Source: Candidatus Helarchaeota ASGARD archaeon Hel_GB_B (GTDB lineage: Archaea; Asgardarchaeota; Lokiarchaeia; Helarchaeales; HEL-GB-B). From it: a stretch of 16,124 nucleotides of DNA. This document shows positions 1 through 7,755 of the stretch, in pieces. The notes below the pieces were generated by a model. The model did no database searches, was not told the origin of the DNA, and was given only the letters and a program-made list of their open reading frames with translations. Positions within the stretch are counted from its first letter, which is position 1. The number at the start of each line of letters is the position of its first letter. The position numbers and the translations under genes are program-made. The stretch spans positions 1 to 16,124 of the forward strand of contig SUPR01000078.1 in NCBI GenBank assembly GCA_005191425.1, written 5' to 3'.

Positions 1-229
1 CATCTTTTATTAATTTCTCCGTGAAGTCGAGCATAATATTTTCGACAAATTGTTCGTCTAAATCCCGCATATAACTATAGAATTTATCTTTTCCAGGTAT
101 ATATATATAGAACCCAAGTCCCCTTGCTATTACAGTATCACATATACCACCTTTAAGTTTTCATATCTCTGACACTGCCCTTACCAGTGAATAGGTACCA
201 TTATACCAGCTCATCCTTCCATAGACCAT
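1..229 (-). pseudogene. Coding-like remnant running off the left edge, possibly URO-D/MtaA-family, interrupted by an in-frame TGA
   Basis: Manual minus-strand translation from ATG 229: MVYGRMSWYNGTYSLVRAVSEI*KLKGGICDTVIARGLGFYIYIPGKDKFYSYMRDLDEQFVENIMLDFTEKLIKD (TGA at 163-161). The part after the stop loosely resembles the GIWESAWQGFGMEFF...LAKDVFKTITDF segment of the URO-D protein at 14530-15690. The family assignment is weak. Confidence 0.35.
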
Positions 230-237
230 AGTCTTTA

Positions 238-1427
238 GTGGGTGGATTTTTCTTCGCCTTATGGCAGACTACAATGCGATTTATCGGACACCAGACGCAA
301 ATAGGGTTAATTTGCATAGGTAATCCAGATCCGAATAGTCCTGTATTGTGTACATGTAATTTTAAATTAACATTTACCAGACTTTGTAAATTATTAAATA
401 AAAATCAAATTAATACGTGGCTACTAATAGCACCGACAGGAGGAGTTAATGTATGGTGTTCTGCATGTGGTGGCGAATTCAATGCCGGATCAGTTATCAT
501 TGCTATTAAAATCTCAAGTATTGAAAAATATGTGAACCATCGGACAATTATATTACCACAATTATCAGCACCTAGAATTAATCCAAATAAGGTTAATGAA
601 ATTACAGGTTGGAAATGCGTCTGGGGGCCAGTAAATATGAATGATCTATCAGATTTTCTTAAAGGTTTACCGAATTCAATTCATAATAAAACTGAAAAAC
701 AAAGAAAAATTACATTTAAAACGAAATTTAGGCTGGAGATGGCATCTCTTTTGATATTTCCGATATTGCTGATTACTGTAATCCCATTGTCTATTATACT
801 TTATTTATTCAATCAATGGGATATGGATTCTTCAAATCTTGATCATGATACCGACACATGGATATTTTATTTTTCTATTTTGGCCAATTTTTCCGGTTCA
901 TAGAGAGACCCACAAAGTATTAATTGGTACTATTTTATTAATTTTAATTATTTCAATTTTATCATGGCTTTTTACTTCTATTTTTTAACATAAATGTTTT
1001 AAATACATCAAATTTAACAGGTATTTTAGCTATATTCAATTGATGGCCTCTTGACATCACAATTTTACTCTCAATGGGATTATTACACTATGTTGCGGAC
1101 GGAATGAGCCCAACTTTACGCTCATCTTTAGGAGATCGAAGCTTTAATAAAGGAAAAATAAAGATGACAGAACTCTGGGGGGCAAAATACCTTTTAACAG
1201 TTTATGGGCGAATAACTATGGATATTGAAAAATGTATTGGGTGCAGAACTTGTATTGATATCTGTCCAATAATAATACCTATTTTATAAAATAACAAAAT
1301 CCATTTTCAACACCCAGAGTTATGCGTTAATTGTAATACATGCGTAAACCGCTGCCCTAAAAATGCTCTCTCTTTCGAGCCCGAAACTGAAGCTACAAAA
1401 CAAGCTCTCGAAAAATTAAAAACTTAG
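238..1427 (+). pseudogene. Disrupted fused HgcAB-like gene (CdhE/HgcA-type corrinoid domain + multi-TM block + 2x[4Fe-4S] ferredoxin)
   Basis: Frame 1 (238-819) has IGNPDPNSPVL, TGGVNVWCSACGG, ILPQLSAP and GWKCVWGPV, all HgcA/CdhE-type motifs. A +1 shift near 820 gives hydrophobic IWILQILIMIPTHGYFIFLFWPIFP...LSWLFTSIF. A +1 shift in the T run at 981-986 leads into frame 3, which contains TGA 1041-1043, CIGCRTCIDICP, TAA 1287-1289, CVNCNTCVNRCP and a final TAG at 1425-1427. The true start is uncertain (GTG 238 or ATG 274). Confidence 0.88.
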
Positions 1428-1429
1428 AA

Positions 1430-1478
1430 TATTATGTAAAAACTAAAAATTAAAAATTAAAAAATAAAATATTTATTC
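1430..1478. terminator. A-rich tract between convergent genes; oligo-T on the minus strand, a likely terminator for the frhB-like gene
   Basis: TAAAAAT-type repeats (aactaaaaattaaaaattaaaaaataaaat) directly after the minus-strand stop at 1479. Archaeal terminators are oligo-U tracts. Confidence 0.35.
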
Positions 1479-2933
1479 TTATTTTTGTTGAGGAATAAGT
1501 TTTTGAATATCTATCTTATTAGTCATTACTCGAGACTCTTTGTCGATAACTCTTACTAAATATTCTTGGTCATTTTCGATTCTAGGTATTTGAAACTCTA
1601 ATTCTTCAAAGGGATACCAAACAGAAATTTTATCATTATAGCTCGCTGTCTCAAAAAATTCACTTACATGAGAAATATTTACAATTACATCTTCCATACT
1701 TCTTCCAGAAACATTAGTAAGCGTTATTGAAATAATTTTATCATTATCGATCAGTTTCGGTTTTGACATCTTAACAGCTTTAAGTTTTGCAATTGTATCT
1801 TCAAGGACAACTTCTTTTTTAGGGGCAGTTTCGACCAATTTTTTCTCAGTAATACCTTCCTCTCCTACATACCTAATAACAAATGTCCGGCGCTTCTTTA
1901 AGGTATAAAGACTAACTTTCTTTAATTTAGCTAAGAAAAGAATTGCCTTCATTGACGGGCCTTTCTCATTAACTTCAATATAACCGTTTTTTACAGCTTC
2001 ATTAAATATCTCATTCCCAAGTCCAGTCCGAATTAATACACTAGACCATCCATCAGGAGACCCCACGCTTCCAATTGATATATCAGATTTTTCAGAAGTT
2101 AAATCAATACAATAATTACAAGAGCTTGATTTAGCTATGTCTAAATCATGGACAGGAAACTCGGATATTTTGCCGTCCTTCTCTATAAAAGTAAATTTCC
2201 CTTTTTGAATAGTCATTTTTTCAACATTATTGATATCGATTCCATGATTTGCCATAAAAAGCTTTAAACTTCTATAATCGAATGAATCCATACAAAATAG
2301 CCCTAATCGGATAATATTAGCCCGCATAAACAAATTTAAAAGACCAGTTGGACTTGTTGTCATTTTATAAACAGCATCAATATTACAAGGGGTTCCTACA
2401 AAAGCAATTGACGAGTCTCCGTTCTTTATTGCTGAAATTAATGCTATCAATGTCTGAGAATGACAATAAATTGATCCGGACGATTTTAATAACTCTTCTT
2501 TTGTGTGGACAATACTTGGAAGGGGTTTCCAATTTTCTTTTGGGTCTTTCATTGTTACTATTGCCGAATCTATAAAGCCTTTATCTAACAAGAATTCAAT
2601 TAATGCAGTAACTACTCCACCATCTTGTCCTTTTATGTCTGGATTGGTAGCTCTTGCACTATAAGAAGTAATATAATCCCCAATTAATGCACTTTCAAGG
2701 GTCAATGTTCGTGGACATTGGTTATAACATACTCCGCATCCAGTACACTTACCCACTAATTTTGGTTTCCCATCAACCCATTCTAGAACATCACATGTCG
2801 CTACACATGCACCGCAATGAGTGCAGATTCCAGTATTTACTATTTCTCTGATTAATTTGCCATAACTATCCTTTGTACCCTCTAATCTTTGTTGAGCCAA
2901 ACTGAAACTGCGCTTAACTTTTTCGACACTCAT
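1479..2933 (-). CDS. Coenzyme F420 hydrogenase/dehydrogenase beta-subunit (FrhB/FdhB) family protein with N-terminal 2x[4Fe-4S] domain and an extra ~140-aa C-terminal extension
   Basis: CTHCGACVATC and CTGCGVCYNQCP ferredoxin motifs; GQDGGVVTAL, FVGTPCNIDAV, GLFCMDSF and CNYCIDLTSEKSDISIGSVGSPDGWS FrhB motifs. ATG 2933 is preferred over GTG 2942 because GTGAG forms an SD-like motif just upstream. Confidence 0.92.
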   Translation of the reverse strand: MSVEKVKRSFSLAQQRLEGTKDSYGKLIREIVNTGICTHCGACVATCDVLEWVDGKPKLVGKCTGCGVCYNQCPRTLTLESALIGDYITSYSARATNPDIKGQDGGVVTALIEFLLDKGFIDSAIVTMKDPKENWKPLPSIVHTKEELLKSSGSIYCHSQTLIALISAIKNGDSSIAFVGTPCNIDAVYKMTTSPTGLLNLFMRANIIRLGLFCMDSFDYRSLKLFMANHGIDINNVEKMTIQKGKFTFIEKDGKISEFPVHDLDIAKSSSCNYCIDLTSEKSDISIGSVGSPDGWSSVLIRTGLGNEIFNEAVKNGYIEVNEKGPSMKAILFLAKLKKVSLYTLKKRRTFVIRYVGEEGITEKKLVETAPKKEVVLEDTIAKLKAVKMSKPKLIDNDKIISITLTNVSGRSMEDVIVNISHVSEFFETASYNDKISVWYPFEELEFQIPRIENDQEYLVRVIDKESRVMTNKIDIQKLIPQQK

Positions 2934-3182
2934 AGTTCTCACTAGATAAACATATTTTTAAAATCTAGAATTTAATTGATAATGAAGTTAGTCAAATATA
3001 TAAATTTAATTTATCAATTTTTTATTAAATAAAATTTGGATTGATCTCTGAATATCCCTTTAAAAAAAATATTATTTAAAAAAAGAATTTTTTGGATGAA
3101 TTTTGGAAATATTTTTATTTAAAAAATAATATTTTGATATTATTTAAAAATTAATTATTGCATTTTTTAATATTTTTTAGAT

Positions 3183-4319
3183 TCATGGCCATTTTAAATG
3201 CTCATAACTTTTTATAATGACTTTATCAAATCCTTCGAAAAGATTTTCTATCTCTTTATTTTTTACCATCTCCAAAAACTCTTCCATCGTAGTAATAGAC
3301 CCTTTTTTCGCCGCTAAATATGCCAATCTTGCCACAGCGACCGCTTCTCTTGCTTCTTCAGGTGTAAATTCGGGATCTTTATTATTTATGATACAATCAG
3401 CAAAATGAGCATCTTCATAACCAAATGAAATTAGATAATATTTAGGAAATGAAGAATGTTCTATCTCAGGTATATAAAATTCTCCCTTTTTTGGAGCCTC
3501 TTTATGAGTTGAAAAGATTTTGACTGGTGGGTTCCAATCATGATCTTCTAAAATAGTACCCATTGTACCTTGTATCTCAATCCTATTCGTAGGAGTATGA
3601 ATTGCCGATGTTGAAACGGATACTTCCGCTATGGCGCCTTTTTTATAATGTAAAAGCACTGATGCTGTATCTTCTCCTTTATTAGATGGAGACTCTATGG
3701 TTTTTATACACCAACTTTGTGCAGACTCTACTTTATCATTAAGAAGCCAATTTATTGTTGCAAATTTATGTACTCCTTGGTCAAATAATGCACCACCACC
3801 CCCTTTATCAAATGAAAACATCCAGTGATTAGGGTCACAAAATTTTGTCGGATCATCATATGCCCCCTCGTAAGACCTAATTAAGAATACATCTCCAATT
3901 AATCCTTTTTCAATTACACCTTTAATATATTTATGCGCAGGTAAGAACCTATGATTCTCTGCTACCATAAACTTTACTCCCGCCTTTTTTGTCGCATTTA
4001 TCATCTCATCACATTCTTTTAAAGTATTTGCCATTGGCTTTTCACAAATAATATGTTTACCTGCTTTCGCTGCTTCAATGACTAAATCCTTATGAAGATA
4101 ATGTGGCACATTTATATGGACTGCATCAATATCACTATTAAGAAACTTATCAAGATCAGTAAAACCTTCGACTTTGAGTCTTTTGGCAAATTTTTGGACG
4201 CTCTTTTCTACAATGTCATATGCAGCAACAAATTTTACATTCGAATGGTTTTTTGCACCATTTATATGAAATCTTGCTGCTTGCCCAGTCCCAATTATTC
4301 CAAATTTTATATAATCCAT
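3183..4319 (-). CDS. Gfo/Idh/MocA-family NAD(P)-dependent oxidoreductase
   Basis: FGIIGTG Rossmann motif, PHYLH, GKHIICEKPMA and GGGALFDQGVH. ATG 4319 is preferred over TTG 4331. Confidence 0.93.
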   Translation of the reverse strand: MDYIKFGIIGTGQAARFHINGAKNHSNVKFVAAYDIVEKSVQKFAKRLKVEGFTDLDKFLNSDIDAVHINVPHYLHKDLVIEAAKAGKHIICEKPMANTLKECDEMINATKKAGVKFMVAENHRFLPAHKYIKGVIEKGLIGDVFLIRSYEGAYDDPTKFCDPNHWMFSFDKGGGGALFDQGVHKFATINWLLNDKVESAQSWCIKTIESPSNKGEDTASVLLHYKKGAIAEVSVSTSAIHTPTNRIEIQGTMGTILEDHDWNPPVKIFSTHKEAPKKGEFYIPEIEHSSFPKYYLISFGYEDAHFADCIINNKDPEFTPEEAREAVAVARLAYLAAKKGSITTMEEFLEMVKNKEIENLFEGFDKVIIKSYEHLKWP

Positions 4320-4406
4320 TCTGATAACCAATCTTATTAAAGTATAAAATTTTTAATCAAATATATATATTTTTTATTTAAATTTTTAACTCTTTTATAT
4401 AACATA

Positions 4407-4922
4407 TTAAAAATAGACCATTATTATCGCCAATATCAATAATAATGAATCTAAAATTATCTCAAACAAAACTTTACTCTTTTTATTTATATTCCCTTTA
4501 ATTCCACTCATTAAATTAAGCATAGGCCGGTCAATAAAATTGTGGACATAAGGTTCATTATACCATTCAAGATGAAAAATCTTAAATTTTCTCAAAGCAC
4601 GAGCACCCCAATCTAAAATGTCAGGTATAATCGAAGCTATCATTCCTATCCAATATTGTATAAAAAAAATGATTACTACAATAGTTAAAATATATATCCC
4701 TAAATGATATGATACCCAAAAAATATCATGCCAATTGGCTTCAGGTGGGTGATATGTAAATTTAGCAGCAAGTGGGTCCAAAATTGCATGTGATAAAAAT
4801 CCAAATACAATAGTTATTATTATTAGCGCCCATATTGGAAATATTTTCAAATAATTAAAAACTAAATATTGAATAATTATTCCTACAATAAAATGAGTTG
4901 ATACTTGAATTGTAAAAATCAC
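4407..4922 (-). CDS. Membrane protein with metal-dependent-hydrolase-like His/Asp motifs (YdjM-like)
   Basis: Several hydrophobic helices plus STHFIVG, LSHAILD, SYHLG, IPDILD and VHNFID motifs. The start codon is ambiguous (GTG 4922 or ATT 4910). Confidence 0.65.
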   Translation of the reverse strand: MIFTIQVSTHFIVGIIIQYLVFNYLKIFPIWALIIITIVFGFLSHAILDPLAAKFTYHPPEANWHDIFWVSYHLGIYILTIVVIIFFIQYWIGMIASIIPDILDWGARALRKFKIFHLEWYNEPYVHNFIDRPMLNLMSGIKGNINKKSKVLFEIILDSLLLILAIIMVYF

Positions 4923-5009
4923 CTTTTATCTACAATTTTTGACTTGTTTTCTCTATTTAATTATAATATTTTTTATATTTATTTATTTCTTTTTATTCTT
5001 TTAATTATT

Positions 5010-5414
5010 TATCCGAGAGATTCAAAATATCTTCTAAATAGTATGTCAAATATCATATGGAAATTATGTGACGATATAGCGGACGGCTTTTATGCGGTAA
5101 TACTAAACGAAAGGAATTATTTGGACTGAAAACCATAAAACAACAACGCACCTCTTGTTATAAATATTAATACAAATCTTCAAGGTACCTGGAACTACAC
5201 AATTATTTATAATGATTCCACAATATTATGATGTGCCTTGAATATAGCATTTATAACTATTACACTATCAATTAATACCTTGCAGACAAACATTTCTATT
5301 GATGAGTTTGGATTTTATTATGTAATATTAATAATTAGTATCTTGGTAAGGATATACTATATAAAAAGGCAAAATTCGAAAAACTCTAAATTTTACTCCT
5401 TTTTCTATTTTTAG
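5010..5414 (+). pseudogene. Remnant of a cell-surface/secreted beta-rich repeat protein with C-terminal membrane anchor
   Basis: A single frame (3) reads YPRDSKYLLNSMSNIIWKLCDDIADGFYAVILNERNYLD*KP*NNNAPLVININTNLQGTWNYTIIYNDSTIL*CALNIAFITITLSINTLQTNISIDEFGFYYVILIISILVRIYYIKRQNSK... It is Asn/Thr-rich, has N-glycosylation sequons (NYT, NDS, NIS) and ends in a hydrophobic helix followed by a basic tail. Internal stops at 5127, 5136 and 5229. Confidence 0.65.
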
Positions 5415-5957
5415 AATCATTTTTTATTAATTTACTATAACCAATAACTGAATAATTATTCCAATTGGTCTAACCACTTATGAACTCTATTCAAAAATTG
5501 ATAAATCCATTTATATAAAATTGAGCAGAAATAATATAAAAAACTTTTATAACTATCGTTTTTGAAATATTTGGCATTTTGAGGAAACTTCTAAATTTCA
5601 TAATTAAATTTTGAATGATATTCCATTTTTAAATTTATAATATCTTTAAATATGCACTTTTAATCTATCTTTAAAATAAAAATTAATTATAAATAGTATA
5701 TGGTATCTAAAAATAAAGAATTAGAAAATATAAAATAGCAAAATGAAAAATTAATGAGAGTAATAAGTATAAATTTTTAAAAAAATGAAGAAAAAAGATT
5801 GAATTGATAATAACGAAAAGAGTAATGATAGATAAAAGACTTTTAATTTGGTCAGTCAATGTTTGAATAATTGATTATTGATTTATTTTTATACATTAAA
5901 TTATTTTTAAATAGTAGTTTATTCTTTTTATTTTTATTAAGATGTAGTGAATTTTAA

Positions 5958-7337
5958 ATGAATAAAAAGTATCTTTATACGATTATTATTTTCATTATAA
6001 TGGCTTCTTTGGACAATGCTGCCATTGCAATTTTGCCGGCTATTACGAGTTTAGTAGCATCAGAGTTAAAAATTAGCGATAATATAGTTTTGAATATAAT
6101 ATCTTTGATAACATTTATTATTGCTTTTACTAGTTTTTTTTGGGGTTATTGGGGAGATAAATATCCACGTAAAAAGTTGTTAATATATGGCTCTTTGCTG
6201 TGGGCTATAATGAATTTTCTAACTTATTTTTCAGTAAATGCGTATATGTTATTATTTTTCCAGGTTCTAACTGGAGTTGGTCTTGGCTGTATAGCATCAG
6301 TTGGTTTTTCAATTATAGTGGATTATATTTCTCCTAAGAAGAGGGGACTTGCTCTTTCTTTGTGGGGGCTTTCTCAAGCTGCTGGAACTATGGTTGGATA
6401 TTTTATTGCCATATTATATGCGCCAGATTTTGGATGGTCTTTTCCATTTCTTGTTATTTCGATAGTTACTTTTTTATTTATTGTCCTATATTTTTTTACT
6501 GAGGATCCAAAACGAGGAGGAACTGAAGAAGAATTGAAACGGTTATTTGAGGAAGGAAAACTATATGAATATAAAATAAAAAAATCAGATTTAAAAATGA
6601 TAATAACAAACAGATCAAATGTCTTTTTAATATTACAAGGAGCTTTTGCGCAAATTGGATGGGGAGCTATTGCGATTTTGCCCAGTGTTTTTGCATATAA
6701 AATCGCTGTTTATGGGTTTACAATAAAAGACGGTCTAAAAGTAGGTGGTATAATTGCGGCATTGTTTCAATTGGGGGGAGTTTTCTCGATATTATTCGGA
6801 TGGATAGGTGATAAATTGCAACAAAAAACCTATAAAGGAAGGTCCATAATTAGTGCAATAGGCTCATTTACGGGAATTCCGCTTTTTATTGTGATGCTTT
6901 TAATCCCATATAATTTTACCACAGTTTCTTTTACAAATCCAGTAATTTTTATATTTGAGCAACTTGCTACTAATCCATTATTTTTGACTGCATTTATATG
7001 TTCCTTTTTTGCTTCGATGATGATGTCAGCGGATTCACCGAATTTTTTTGCACTAGTAGGAGATGTCAATTTACCTGAACACCGAGGGACTTTATTTGGA
7101 CTATCCAACTTTACTAATGGTATTGGTAGAAGTTTGGGCACATTTATACTTTCTAGTTTTCAAATCCTACTAGTCCCATTTGTTGGATTTACAAATAGCT
7201 GGATTTATGCAATGGTATTTATCCAATTATTTTATATTGGGACGGGCATTTTTTATACCTTAACAGCATTAACTGCTCCAAAAAATATTAGAAATGTAAA
7301 GTCCATTCTCGCAGATAGAGCAAAAAGTAATTTTTGA
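5958..7337 (+). CDS. Major facilitator superfamily transporter
   Basis: About 12 TM segments; motif A WGYWGDKYPRKK, second-half FGWIGDKLQ, PKKRGLALS and PEHRGTLFG. GTGA SD-like motif at 5947-5950. Confidence 0.93.
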   Translation: MNKKYLYTIIIFIIMASLDNAAIAILPAITSLVASELKISDNIVLNIISLITFIIAFTSFFWGYWGDKYPRKKLLIYGSLLWAIMNFLTYFSVNAYMLLFFQVLTGVGLGCIASVGFSIIVDYISPKKRGLALSLWGLSQAAGTMVGYFIAILYAPDFGWSFPFLVISIVTFLFIVLYFFTEDPKRGGTEEELKRLFEEGKLYEYKIKKSDLKMIITNRSNVFLILQGAFAQIGWGAIAILPSVFAYKIAVYGFTIKDGLKVGGIIAALFQLGGVFSILFGWIGDKLQQKTYKGRSIISAIGSFTGIPLFIVMLLIPYNFTTVSFTNPVIFIFEQLATNPLFLTAFICSFFASMMMSADSPNFFALVGDVNLPEHRGTLFGLSNFTNGIGRSLGTFILSSFQILLVPFVGFTNSWIYAMVFIQLFYIGTGIFYTLTALTAPKNIRNVKSILADRAKSNF

Positions 7338-7520
7338 TCATTATTTTTTTAATTTAAATAGAAAAAAAACCTTCATTTACTATAAAAATTCCATACTAAA
7401 TGAAAAATTGAGTAAACATTTTTATTGATTTTAAATTCATGGTTAAGAATTAAATACACCAAGATTACATCAATGAATTAAAAAAAAATTAAAATTAAGA
7501 AATTACATCAACCGTTAATT

Positions 7521-7745
7521 TCAATCTTCAGAGTTTTTAGTTTTAACAATTGCAAACGCTACGATAATTAAAGAAGGTAAATTCAAACCTATTAAAAATA
7601 TCAGGTCTAAATATGTCAGAGGGATGTATAAGGGAGGGTCTTCGTAATATAATGGAGGTACAATCCCTGAAATTAATAATATTCCTGAAATTAAATTTAT
7701 CAGGAAAAAGCTCAAAAATCCAATAATAGGTATCCATTTTCTCAT
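7521..7745 (-). CDS. Small (74 aa) two-helix membrane protein of unknown function
   Basis: MRKWIPIIGFLSFFLINLISGILLISGIVPPLYYEDPPLYIPLTYLDLIFLIGLNLPSLIIVAFAIVKTKNSED. The SD GAGGT (7757-7753) overlaps the upstream stop codon and lies 7 nt before ATG 7745. Confidence 0.7.
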   Translation of the reverse strand: MRKWIPIIGFLSFFLINLISGILLISGIVPPLYYEDPPLYIPLTYLDLIFLIGLNLPSLIIVAFAIVKTKNSED

Positions 7746-7755
7746 TTTTATTACC

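Noticed and set aside
98-109. (TA)6 microsatellite as a phase-variation switch
   Set aside because: It is short, expected in AT-rich DNA, and lies inside an already interrupted fragment. It may be a slippage product, but nothing supports a function.
238-903. Functional hgcA (mercury methylation)
   Set aside because: The cap helix is not NVWCAAGK, the ferredoxin is fused and lacks the Cys tail, and the gene is disrupted four times.
1041-1043. In-frame TGA as selenocysteine (Lokiarchaeia use Sec)
   Set aside because: It lies in a membrane segment at a Trp-like position (FN*WP). The same gene also has two frameshifts and a TAA, and no SECIS-like hairpin is visible after 1427.
1074-1289. Independent 71-aa ferredoxin gene
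   Set aside because: It has only one of the two cluster motifs; the second follows in frame after the TAA. It is a fragment of the fused pseudogene.
4905-5129. 74-aa ORF as a real gene
   Set aside because: The 5' half is AT-rich spacer overlapping the divergent gene start; the 3' half is part of the surface-protein remnant.
5127-5231. TGA = Trp alternative genetic code
   Set aside because: Intact genes use TGG for Trp and four end in TGA (3183, 7337, 7521, 7756). One of the interrupting stops is TAA.
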